A stretch of 63,815 bases of DNA, counting the filler, from Myxococcota bacterium (lineage in GTDB: Bacteria; Myxococcota_C; UBA6777): NCBI GenBank assembly GCA_023150835.1. It is 4 parts of 4 records of this genome, joined end to end, with 100 filler letters (N's around TTAATTAATTAA, not from the genome) between each part and the next. Parts side by side here need not be neighbours in the genome. Positions count along the whole stretch, not along the records: positions 41,990 to 59,892 come from JAKLKB010000170.1; 3 more parts are not named here. One strand, written 5' to 3'. The notes below the pieces were generated by a model. It did not search any database. It was not told the origin of the DNA and saw only the letters and a program-made list of their open reading frames with translations. Shown here piece by piece: positions 48,213 through 57,766 of the stretch. The position numbers and the translations under genes are program-made. Within the stretch, counting starts at the first letter, position 1, and each line of letters opens with the position of its first letter.

Positions 48213-50105
48213 TCATTTTCTTTTTTTGCGGGACATACGCTGCGCACGGATAACGCCGGGTTCAAACATACCGCCTGTGAGGCCGTCGATGTGAGAAGTG
48301 ATCTCGCTGAGTTTGAAGCGAAGGCGAAGGTAGCGAGAGAATTGTTTGTCGCGAAAGCGGAGCAGTTGGTATTGGAGGCGACGGCGTGCGTAAAATAAGC
48401 GAATAACGCGGGTCATCAGGCGATCGCGGATGCGGCGAAGCCGCCGGAGTTCGGTGATAAGGGCTGTTTCGCGTTGATCATGGATCAACTGGCCGAGGTG
48501 CCATGTGGCGGTTCCCTCGAAGAAAAACGCTCGGCCTTCGTTGCTTTGGATCGGGATCGGATTGCGAAAGGGGGCAAAGTCTTGGTCGTAGTCGTGTGTG
48601 ATCAACAGGCGGAAGCGGAACTCGGGCAACAGGGCGCGTGCGCGGAAACGGTCGTGGTGTGCGGTGAGTGGCGTGCGTAGGTGCATAAAGCGAAGGGCGG
48701 AAAGTACGACGCTCCAGATGGAGGGCTCACGTTTGAGATAGCGTTCAAACCGAGCGAGTTGGGCGCGTGTGACGTGTCCAAGGATCGATTTGGACCAGCG
48801 CATCACGCCGTATTCGGTCGCGGCCCAGATATCGTTGGGGTCGGTGGGCGAGACGGAGAGAAAACGGATCACGTTGCTGAGCATCCCATCGCGCAACAAG
48901 CGGAAGCTTTTTCCGCCATTGCGGGACAAGAAAACACCGCGATCGTTGAGCAGATACACGCTGAGAGGCGAAGCCAGCGAAGAAGTGATGTAGGTGATCT
49001 GGCGATCGCCGATGCCTTGGGCTTCGAGTGTGCGGAAGCGCATATCTTGGCCCTTGCGTACGGAGGTGTACAATCCGCCGCCTGTACCGACGATCACGCG
49101 CACAGGACGGGTGGGTAAGATCGCAAGAGAAGTGATTCGGCGCGGACCTGCGGGCAGAGTCAGCGGTTCGGTGAAGGTTTTTCCGTCATCGCGGGACACA
49201 AACAGAGCGCGGTTGGTGGCGACGTAGAGAATGGTGGGCTTGCGCGGATGAAAGCGGATCTCTCGGATATTCATACGGCGAAGTTTTCCGTAGATCAGGC
49301 GAAACGTGTTGCCTCCATCGATCGAGTACCACAGGCCATTTTGGGTGCCGAGCCAGATCTTGTTGTGATCGCGTGGATCGAATTCGGCGGAGAGGATATC
49401 GCCTTCGCCCGGGCGTCTTCCACGAAAGATGCTGCGAAATGTTTTGCCAAAGTCATCCGACAAAAACGCCCCGCCATCGGTTGCTGCGAGGATGCGTTGT
49501 GGTTTGTGCGTGGAGATCACGACGCGCCGAATAAAACGGCGCAAACGGCCTTGGACTTGACGGCGGCGACTGCGTTGGGTTTGGGCGACTTGGTCTTCGG
49601 CTTCTTCTTCGGCTTCGCGCTCCAGTTCGCTTTCGCGTTCGCGAGCGTAGGTTTCGCCATATTGGGAGGCAAGGTCTTCGATCTTTTCTTCGAGCAGGCG
49701 CTCTTTGATCTCGCTGACGCGTTGTTGTTGTGTCACTTGCTGCGCAGAAGCTGTGCGGTTGGTTCCTTGGAAACGAACCAGAGCCTTCCACCGCAACCCC
49801 CCATCATCCGAGCGATACAGCAATCCATCGGCCCCCGCATAGATTCGAGACGGTTTGGTCGGATCGACGGCGACTGTGCTAATAAGCAGCGAATACAAAC
49901 CATCCGACAGATCGTCCCAAGCGTACTCGATGGTGGTTTTTTTGGCGTTTTTGGAAGAGTCCGCGTCCTCGTCTTGTGCGGACTTGTCGGCTTGGGCTTG
50001 TGCAGGCCAAAGCCAAACGAACACCCACAAACCAAGCATCCACCGCCCTTTGTGGCAATCTATTTTCCATCCATTCTTTGCGCCCACACTCACACCTGAC
50101 TCCAC
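48213..50105 (-). CDS. BNR/Asp-box beta-propeller protein with C-terminal OEP-like domain
   Basis: Repeated S.D.G.(T/S)(W/F) motifs; C-terminus paralogous to 47470..48129. Start uncertain. Confidence 0.8.
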   Translation of the reverse strand: MESGVSVGAKNGWKIDCHKGRWMLGLWVFVWLWPAQAQADKSAQDEDADSSKNAKKTTIEYAWDDLSDGLYSLLISTVAVDPTKPSRIYAGADGLLYRSDDGGLRWKALVRFQGTNRTASAQQVTQQQRVSEIKERLLEEKIEDLASQYGETYARERESELEREAEEEAEDQVAQTQRSRRRQVQGRLRRFIRRVVISTHKPQRILAATDGGAFLSDDFGKTFRSIFRGRRPGEGDILSAEFDPRDHNKIWLGTQNGLWYSIDGGNTFRLIYGKLRRMNIREIRFHPRKPTILYVATNRALFVSRDDGKTFTEPLTLPAGPRRITSLAILPTRPVRVIVGTGGGLYTSVRKGQDMRFRTLEAQGIGDRQITYITSSLASPLSVYLLNDRGVFLSRNGGKSFRLLRDGMLSNVIRFLSVSPTDPNDIWAATEYGVMRWSKSILGHVTRAQLARFERYLKREPSIWSVVLSALRFMHLRTPLTAHHDRFRARALLPEFRFRLLITHDYDQDFAPFRNPIPIQSNEGRAFFFEGTATWHLGQLIHDQRETALITELRRLRRIRDRLMTRVIRLFYARRRLQYQLLRFRDKQFSRYLRLRFKLSEITSHIDGLTGGMFEPGVIRAQRMSRKKRK

Positions 50106-50478
50106 ACAACCGCTGTTCTCTATTGCTTTTGGGCAACCGCTGCTCTCTGCGCTTTTTGGCGTCGCATCCCATCTTCGGGGCCGAAATCCTCGACAGCATG
50201 ACCGCCTCGCCTCTTTGTGTCAACGCCTAGTATGGTCTCGATGTGCTCATCTTGCTCTAACGATGGGCGGTTTAGAACTTTTTTCGCTCACTTTAGAGTG
50301 TTGTTGGTCCGCACGCAAAGGATGCTCTTGAGGTGGAAAGGCTTTTGTGTATGATGCCGCCCCTTCCCAAAGGGGAGGGCGATCAAAGCGAATCGTTTGA
50401 TTGGTTTAAGTCATCTTGAACAGAGTCGGCGCGCTGCAACGTGGCGTGGTAAAGAGGGAGCGAAAGAGGTTGACGACG

Positions 50479-51516
50479 ATGATCACAGAAGCGCAAAACA
50501 AGTCCACTGAGGCACAAAGCCAAGAAAGGCTTTTGCAGCGAGGTCTTTCGCTTTCTAAGGAGTCTTTCCTCGCAGAAGTGGAAGCGCGTTTACGCAAAGC
50601 ATTGGAGGGAGGTTTTTCGGCTCCGATGCAAGAAGCCAGCGTGTTGCTCGAAGCCGCACGCCATCTTTGTTTGGAAGGGGGAGGCAAGCGTGTTCGCCCC
50701 CGTCTTGTGGGGATGTTTGGCGAAGCTCTTGGCGCACCCGAAGAGGCTTTGGCTGATATCGCTGTGGCAGGTGAACTGATCCATGCCGCGAGCCTGTTGC
50801 ATGACGATGTGGTGGACGAAGGCACCCTGCGCCGAGGGCGACCGACAGCGCGCAGTTTGTGGGACAACAAAGTCTCCGTATTATCGGGCGACATGGTGTT
50901 GTCGTTGGCTTTCCTACAAGTGAAACGCTATCCGCCGATGATTACCGAACGTGCGGTTGAATTGGTCGCAAGCATGAGCCGAGCAGCGATGATGGAGATT
51001 GTTGCATGTGGTCGCCCCGAGATGAGCATCGAGGCATGGTGGGGGATCGCGATGGGCAAGACGGGAGCGCTATTCGGTTGGTGTGGCGAAGCGGTCGCCC
51101 TCTTGATGAATCAAACCGACGCCATCGCAAACCTGCGAGACTGTGGCCTCCGTCTGGGCGTAGCGTTTCAAATGGCCGATGATCTCAAGGATCTACGCGG
51201 CGATGATCCCAAAGATCGCTTTGCCGATATCCGCAATCGCAATCCTTCTTTTTGTTTGTTGACCGCTTCCGAACGCTCGCCTGCTTTTCGTCAGGCGCTC
51301 TCCTTGGCGTGGTCCAAAGAACGCCTTGAGGAGCCTCAGATCCAGCAGCTTGGCGAATCTGTCTTGGCCTTGGGGATCGCAGAACACACTTACCAAGCGC
51401 TTTGCCGAGAAGTGGATCTCGCGATGGCTGCGCTTGGCCCTTATCTCTACGCACCCGGAGGACGAGATATCGCGGCGTGGGGAGAATGGCTATGCAAGGG
51501 ATTACGGCAGGCGTGA
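50479..51516 (+). CDS. polyprenyl diphosphate synthase
   Basis: GGKRVRP, LLHDDVVD..RRG, KTG.LF, FQMADDLKD. Confidence 0.93.
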   Translation: MITEAQNKSTEAQSQERLLQRGLSLSKESFLAEVEARLRKALEGGFSAPMQEASVLLEAARHLCLEGGGKRVRPRLVGMFGEALGAPEEALADIAVAGELIHAASLLHDDVVDEGTLRRGRPTARSLWDNKVSVLSGDMVLSLAFLQVKRYPPMITERAVELVASMSRAAMMEIVACGRPEMSIEAWWGIAMGKTGALFGWCGEAVALLMNQTDAIANLRDCGLRLGVAFQMADDLKDLRGDDPKDRFADIRNRNPSFCLLTASERSPAFRQALSLAWSKERLEEPQIQQLGESVLALGIAEHTYQALCREVDLAMAALGPYLYAPGGRDIAAWGEWLCKGLRQA

Positions 51517-51534
51517 CGGGTGGTCTGTTGGTGT

Positions 51535-51714
51535 ATCCAAACGGCATACAACCGACGCACCAAGGCGAAACAACGCACCGCCTATCGGATGGTTGTGCTG
51601 GCAAACGGCATACAACCAACGCACCAAGGCGAAACAACGCACCGCCTATCGGATGGTTGTGCTGGCATCCAAACGGCATACAACCGACGCACCAAGGCGA
51701 AACAGCGCACCGCC
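51535..51714. repeat. 64/68-bp tandem repeat (about 2.7 copies)
   Basis: aaacggcatacaacc at 51539, 51603 and 51671. Confidence 0.9.
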
Positions 51715-51783
51715 AACCCTACGCCGTTTTCAAAACACAACGCAACACAAGACGCTCGGCTCTGCACACAAGGACACAAGATC

Positions 51784-52437
51784 ATGACCGAACATACAAC
51801 CGATTCGCAAGACGATCATTTCTCTCCGACCGAAGCGCAATCTTCGGCAAAACCGCTTGCGCCTTGGGAACACAAAGCCATCGATGCGGTGGGAGATGTG
51901 ATCGATTTTTGGGGATTTAAGCGCAACCACGGGCGTGTTTGGGCTTTGCTTTATTTGCGCGGTGAGGCTCTTTCGGCGGTCGAGATCCAAGAGATCCTCG
52001 AACTCTCGAAGGGAGCAGTCTCCATGATCACTCGAGAGTTGGAGCAATGGAATGTGATCCGACGGGTTCGGTTGCCCAAAACCTCCTCTTGGCATTTTGC
52101 CGCAGAGACCGACTTGATGCACATGATCAGTCGTGTGATCCGCGAGCGCGAGTCGGGCGTGATCCATCGCGTTAAACAAGATCTCCAACAGGCTGAGGTA
52201 TCCGCACGTAGCGATCAACACACGCCTCCCGAAGTGATGGATCGCGTTGAGCGCATGAGCACACTCGCTTCCTTGATCGAACACGCCGTACATATCTTCC
52301 TCAACACGGCCCATCTTGATCTGGTCAACCTGTTGAGTGTTCTTCCTTACGCTTTCCCTCGCTCGGAAGACCCCGAAGATCCGAACAATACAGACTCCCC
52401 ACCTGATCGTCTCCTCCCCGAACAAACCACCACCTAA
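51784..52437 (+). CDS. GbsR/MarR-family transcriptional regulator
   Basis: FWGFKRNHGRVWALLYL..LSA.EI...LELSKGAVSM..REL..W. Confidence 0.88.
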   Translation: MTEHTTDSQDDHFSPTEAQSSAKPLAPWEHKAIDAVGDVIDFWGFKRNHGRVWALLYLRGEALSAVEIQEILELSKGAVSMITRELEQWNVIRRVRLPKTSSWHFAAETDLMHMISRVIRERESGVIHRVKQDLQQAEVSARSDQHTPPEVMDRVERMSTLASLIEHAVHIFLNTAHLDLVNLLSVLPYAFPRSEDPEDPNNTDSPPDRLLPEQTTT

Positions 52438-52551
52438 TACGATATCCGTGTGATGCACATAGCAAACGAGACCACGCAGATGCCCGATTCTTGGGCAGCC
52501 ACACCTGTCTGCTCCTACCTCTTTACGATAACGCAACCGACGGATTTCGTA
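52438..52551 (-). mobile_element. MITE-like repeat family A copy
   Basis: TAA-tacgatatccg ... cggatttcgta-TGA; abuts the stop codon. Confidence 0.85.
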
Positions 52552-52611
52552 TGACCCATCCCCGCCCCGACGCGATGGATCGAAGCGTCGGTTTGCTTGC
52601 AGGCTGCCCGT

Positions 52612-53070
52612 TTATTCTTGCTCGGGGGGGGTTAGGCTCAAACCAAGGAGGGTTTCGAGTCGATGGCGCAGCACCATATAGATTCCTTTGGCCCCTTCAA
52701 AAAAGATCACAAATTGCCGCCCTCGCGCTTCGGTATCGTCCACAAAAGAGAAGTAATGGCATTTGACTGAGAGGTATTCGCTTTGTCCTGCAGCTCTGGT
52801 GCGCTCTTCGGTGGGCAGATCCCCTCGATAACTCAGGCAAAGTTCAACCTCGCTGTCTTCGCCTGTCGCCATCAGCTTTTGATAATCTGCGCGTTTGAGC
52901 GCGATCTGGTCTTTGCCGTAGTGGACGCCTGCGATCTTGGTCAAGTTGATCGCGAGATGGCCCTGCATACCAAAGAGTTCCCCTGCATTGGCGGGTGGAA
53001 ACAGCCGTGCTGCGTGTAAGTTGTTATAGACGACAAAGATGTGTGGATTGGGCGGGATATGGATGTACAT
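52612..53070 (-). CDS. hypothetical protein
   Basis: AAGGAG RBS; 152-aa globular-looking ORF. Confidence 0.7.
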   Translation of the reverse strand: MYIHIPPNPHIFVVYNNLHAARLFPPANAGELFGMQGHLAINLTKIAGVHYGKDQIALKRADYQKLMATGEDSEVELCLSYRGDLPTEERTRAAGQSEYLSVKCHYFSFVDDTEARGRQFVIFFEGAKGIYMVLRHRLETLLGLSLTPPEQE

Positions 53071-53169
53071 GATCGAAACGGCTCCTTTGTGTTTCTGCGA
53101 TCGTGAGGGGTGGCAACCGTTGCGAATTGTGTTTGTTTCTGCCCAAAAGTCAACCCGATCGGCGCTTCG

Positions 53170-53469
53170 TACGCAATCCGCCCAGATCTCGATCGTCAAA
53201 ATGTAGGGGCGTCCCCCATACGCGCCTTGTTAATGTGGAAACCTCGTAGAGTCGGTCTTGATCGCCTTTTTTTTTCCCCCCCTCAATCCCCCCGTGAACG
53301 GGGGGAAGTTGGAACGGGCAGCGTCTGCATTTGGTGCATACAGCGTGCGTCATGAAAAAACAAAATCCCCGAGGCTTCCGACTTTCGCTCCCTCCCCTGT
53401 TCACGGGGGAGGGCCAAGAATCGGGCGTCTACGCACTCTCCTTCGCTCACGCATTACTCGGATATCGTA
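53170..53469 (+). mobile_element. family A MITE with family B nested inside
   Basis: TIRs tacgcaatccg and cggatatcgta enclose about 200 bp of family B sequence. Confidence 0.8.
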
Positions 53470-54456
53470 TCCAACCACAAACGCGATGCGGTTATTGGCG
53501 AGATACCATGCCCGCCCGTCGGGGTATTTCTCGCCTTCTTCGTAGCCTGCATCGATCCAATAACGCACGGGCTTTTTGGGGCCTTGGTAGGCGAGTAGAT
53601 CGGCGAGAAACTGCGCACCATTTTCACGAAACGAGTTGGACACACAACCCGCAGCACCGAAGATCTGGGGATAATTCCAAGAAAGATAGATCGAGATGAT
53701 GCCGCCAAAGGACGAACCCATCACCGTCGTATAGGCCGATTGATGGAGGGTTCGGTAATGGTGATCGATGTAGGGTTTGAGGTGTTCGACGATCCACTTG
53801 CTGTACTGGGCTTTTTTGTCGGCAGCTAACGTCCCAACATACTCGATCGACCTTGTGGGGCCTGTGTTGTAGATCCCCACAACGATCGCAGGATCGATCA
53901 GATCTTCGGTGAGTAGGGCGTCGAGCGCCTCGTCTACTTTCCACTCCATTCCAAAAGAAAAATGGATCGACGGTGTCGCCCATGACACGGGCTTTTTGAA
54001 GTGCAACGCCAGCGGTCGGCGTGGTGGAGCTTCGGGCGATATCTCTGGAGTGGATTCGCTCGGAGGTTCAGGCGATATCTCTGGAGGAAGCTCCACAAGG
54101 GTATCTGGGCGAGCGTGTTCGGGATCGCCCTCTTTGGGGGGATGGGTTGGCTCGGAGAGGTTCGTCTCTTGGTTTGTTTCTTGGGGCGATGCGTCCATCT
54201 CCGATTCGTGTGGAGGTGCTTCGCTCGGAGACTCGGAGGCGTCGGAAGGTTGAAAAGATTCTGTGAGGGCGATCTCTACGGTAGGTTCGGCAAGTTCGGT
54301 GGGGGGAGAGAGCGTATCGCAGCCACCGGCACTCCATCCCAATACCAGCAGAAAAAAGCTGTAGAGCAGCAAGCCCTTGGTTCGGGAAAAAGCGCCGGAA
54401 AAAAGGATGGAGGACGTGTGTTTCGTTTGCCGCATCGTACGTTCCATTCGTTTCAT
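53470..54456 (-). pseudogene. disrupted alpha/beta-hydrolase (putative esterase) lipoprotein
   Basis: Lipobox AGGC and MGSSFGG nucleophile elbow. The N-terminal half of the hydrolase is missing and the 3' end runs into the MITE. Confidence 0.7.
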
Positions 54457-54581
54457 CTCATTTCAACGGAAGCTCCTTGCTTTTGGGGGGGAGCCTCTTT
54501 CTTTTGAAGGCTTATCGTCTATTTTTGGACAGGGTTGTTTGGGTCGCGTTTTCTTTGGATGTTTGTGAGGGCGTTTTCGTG

Positions 54582-57101
54582 ATGGAGAAGCAAAAAAACA
54601 AGAGGCAAGGGTGGTATCGTGGCTTTTTCTTTAGCTTTTTCACAAGTTTGTGGCTTGCGTTCTTGGCCTGTGGTGATGTCCCTGTGTTGCAGCCCACGAA
54701 ATTCTTTTGCAACAACACCACAGCCTGCGATACGGGCTACGTATGCCAAGGCAATGTCTGCGTCTTGGCCAGTCGGATCGAAGGAAACAGTCACACAGAA
54801 GGGACCACCGAAGGGACCACAGAGATCCCGACCGAAAAGACCACAGAGATCCCGACCGAAGGGACCACAGAGATCCCGACCGAAGCGGGCGAACCAAGCG
54901 GACCCGAAGAAACGGTTCCACCCGATTCAACCGAACCCAACCCGCAAGAAGGCTCCATCGAAGAGTCCGCACCCATCGAGCCAATCGCTGATTCGACCAT
55001 CGAGCCGACCGCTGAGCCTACAGCGGAACCAACCGCCGAACCCGCCGACGAAGCGACCGCTGAGTCCGTCGACGAGCCGACCGCTGAGCCTACCGCTGAG
55101 TCCGTCGACGAGCCGACCGCTGAGCCAACCGCTGAGCCTGTATCCGACGGGAGTTCTCCAGAACCCTCCCAAGAAGTCGGACCTGACACTTGTGTTGGAC
55201 CAAGCGGCCAAAAGTGCTGTCAGAAAGCAGACGATTGCACAAGTCTTGGGCCGGGCGCGTACTGCGCACTAAACGGTTATTGCTACGCCAAAGATAAATG
55301 CACGAACTCTGATCCAAAAACTTGTCCCACGTTAGGAGATGTTTGCAAAAAAGACGGGAAGTGCGGTGATTGTGCAAACGACGGCGAGTGCGGAACAGGC
55401 GGAAAGTGCAGTCTTCAGAAACGCTGCTTTTATGATCCATGTACGAGCCCCGCTGATTGTCCGACAGGTATGGTCTGTCAGCAAAGCCGTTGTGTGGCGC
55501 TGTTGAAAAGGGATTCGTCGAATAACGTGGTGGGATGGGGAGACGGGGCCGTTGCGAAAGATTGTATGGAGTACCGCTATCCGCCCGCAGGGTACGAGGC
55601 TGCAACGCAGGACGGCGTGTACCAGATCCTCGACAAAGCAGATCAGCATTGGGTGTCCTGCAATATGACCTACGCAGGCGGCGGATGGACGTTGACCATG
55701 AAGATCCAGAAAACAGGTTCGACATTTGATTACGATTCGCCCAAATGGGAGGACGATAAGTTGGTGTCTGCAACTCCGCAATCAAACGACGCTCTGTTGG
55801 ACGGGACAGACGCGAAACTGCGCAGCTACACCAAAGTCGGAGTCAAGCAGATCATGCTCCAGATGCAGACAGAGCCCGACGTATCGGCATCTCCTGCCAC
55901 CGAGCGCAGAAGAGCCATCTTGACGCTCGATCAAAGCAAGCCTTCTTTGATGGAGGTCATGAAAGCGCCAACGCCAGCGCTATCGGTGGGTGGCGGATTG
56001 GAGCGCCAAAACTGGCGTGCGTTGATCGGTGGTTCGGAGGTGTATTCGTACCCGTGTGCGGAGGGTCTTAAAAAAACCAAAGGAGCGAATCTCAAGATCC
56101 GCATGGGTTTGATTTCTTCGGACGCGGTGGCTTGTACTGCAAACTTCTCGGTTCTGGGTGTGGGAGCAAAGTACGATGCCGCCGCACACGCCATTTTTGG
56201 GGCTGGTTTTTGGCGGGGAGGGAGTCGATCGATCGTTGAAAATGTGTATGCGTATCTGTGGGTACGGGCTTTTCCTGCTTCCACACAACCACTCGTGACG
56301 ACAAGCAACGCCTTGGCCTATGGCTCCAACCAGTTCGCCAAAAGCTGTCTTGAGTATCGGACGCCACCCGCCGTCAGCGAGATCAGCGGTGAATACTGGT
56401 TGGCGGGTCCAGCAGGTTCCTATCGGACTTATTGTGATATGACCAAACATGGCGGAGGATGGACGCTTGCGCTCAAAATCAACGGGAAAGAATCTGCCTT
56501 TGCGTTTGATAACGCGGCGGCTTGGGTCAATGGTGTTCCTTCAATCAACGTAAACCAAGGTCACTCGCCTTCGACCCAAGGCAGTTTTTCACTCGCAAGC
56601 TACACCAGCCTTGCTCCACAGCAGATCATGCTGGAACAAACGGTGTTGGACATGTCGTCTGGCACGAAAGATTCGACGCTGACGAGCCTTGTGGTGCATC
56701 TCGACAATCCGAACAGCGAACCCTTGTCAAAAGTGTTTGTTTCGCCAAATCCAGCAGCGTTGCGCTTTGCGTATTCGCTCGGTGCGATGGCGTGGATGGA
56801 GTGGTTTCCCAATCCGATGGCAAAACTCCATAAAAACTGCGTCCTCGAAGGGTTTTCAAAAGAGCAATCTTGGACAACAGATATCTTCAAAAACGCAAAA
56901 GTGCGGATCGGGGCGGTCGGCCAAGAAGAGGATTGCGCAGCCCAGCCAAAAGAGACGCTTTCATGGATCGGCCTTGGCGGAACAGGAACGGCGTGCAGTA
57001 TCAACAGTAGCTGGATTGCGGGAGCTTCTTCGGGGGATTGCGGGGTGTTTGCGAGCAAGAAGCTAGATATCGTCTCCCAGACGAATCTATATCTGCGCTG
57101 A
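54582..57101 (+). CDS. surface lipoprotein with Cys-rich repeats and two fibrinogen-like domains
   Basis: FLAC lipobox, EPTA linker, SCNMTYAGGGWTL and YCDMTKHGGGWTL. Confidence 0.88.
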   Translation: MEKQKNKRQGWYRGFFFSFFTSLWLAFLACGDVPVLQPTKFFCNNTTACDTGYVCQGNVCVLASRIEGNSHTEGTTEGTTEIPTEKTTEIPTEGTTEIPTEAGEPSGPEETVPPDSTEPNPQEGSIEESAPIEPIADSTIEPTAEPTAEPTAEPADEATAESVDEPTAEPTAESVDEPTAEPTAEPVSDGSSPEPSQEVGPDTCVGPSGQKCCQKADDCTSLGPGAYCALNGYCYAKDKCTNSDPKTCPTLGDVCKKDGKCGDCANDGECGTGGKCSLQKRCFYDPCTSPADCPTGMVCQQSRCVALLKRDSSNNVVGWGDGAVAKDCMEYRYPPAGYEAATQDGVYQILDKADQHWVSCNMTYAGGGWTLTMKIQKTGSTFDYDSPKWEDDKLVSATPQSNDALLDGTDAKLRSYTKVGVKQIMLQMQTEPDVSASPATERRRAILTLDQSKPSLMEVMKAPTPALSVGGGLERQNWRALIGGSEVYSYPCAEGLKKTKGANLKIRMGLISSDAVACTANFSVLGVGAKYDAAAHAIFGAGFWRGGSRSIVENVYAYLWVRAFPASTQPLVTTSNALAYGSNQFAKSCLEYRTPPAVSEISGEYWLAGPAGSYRTYCDMTKHGGGWTLALKINGKESAFAFDNAAAWVNGVPSINVNQGHSPSTQGSFSLASYTSLAPQQIMLEQTVLDMSSGTKDSTLTSLVVHLDNPNSEPLSKVFVSPNPAALRFAYSLGAMAWMEWFPNPMAKLHKNCVLEGFSKEQSWTTDIFKNAKVRIGAVGQEEDCAAQPKETLSWIGLGGTGTACSINSSWIAGASSGDCGVFASKKLDIVSQTNLYLR

Positions 57102-57253
57102 GCAGCGCGGTGGGGGCGATCGTCGAAGGGTGGCTGTAGACGCCCTGTTGTTGGGCAGCCACAGCTTACAGGGGTACAAAATGCGCGCATCACGCAGAGG
57201 ATGCCGAAAAGAAGAGTCCACGGACAACGACCAACGGGAGTTGCGCGCTTCGC

Positions 57254-57338
57254 AAAGCACGGAAAGCACGGAAAGCACGGAAAGCACGGAAAGCACGGAA
57301 AGCACGGAAAGCACGGAAAGCACGGAAAGCACGGAAAG
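57254..57338. repeat. 9-bp microsatellite (aaagcacgg) x9
   Basis: Directly visible. Confidence 0.97.
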
Positions 57339-57499
57339 TATGGCGACGGGGTGATCGTCACACGATTTGTACCCTGTGGTTTGGGGGCGACGGCAAGTAC
57401 CCCTGTCAGATTACCCCCTCTGGACGGGCTTTACAGAGGATGTGTACGAGTGTTAGGCATCTGTGGCTGCCCAACAGCAGGGCGTTGGCCTTTTGAACC

Positions 57500-57716
57500 G
57501 AAAACGATAGGTTTAGGGATGAGGAGAAGCGTAAACGAATCGAAAACGATAGGTTTAGGGATGAGGAGAAGCGTAAACGAATCGAAAACGATAGGTTTAG
57601 GGATGAGGAGAAGCGTAAACGAATCGAAAACGATAGGTTTAGGGATGAGGAGAAGCGTAAACGAATCGAAGATGAGGAGAAGCGTAAACGAATCGAAAAC
57701 GATAGATTTAGGGATA
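57500..57716. repeat. 42-bp tandem repeat (4 full plus partial copies)
   Basis: gaaaacgataggtttagggatgaggagaagcgtaaacgaatc with period 42. Confidence 0.95.
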
Positions 57717-57766
57717 TCGCATGATATGCAGGAACACACACCCGAAAAAACGGATGGGAGGAAGAG

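Noticed and set aside
50479-52437. Carotenoid biosynthesis cluster
   Set aside because: Only a prenyl synthase and a regulator are present, with no crtB/crtI; product chain length cannot be assigned.
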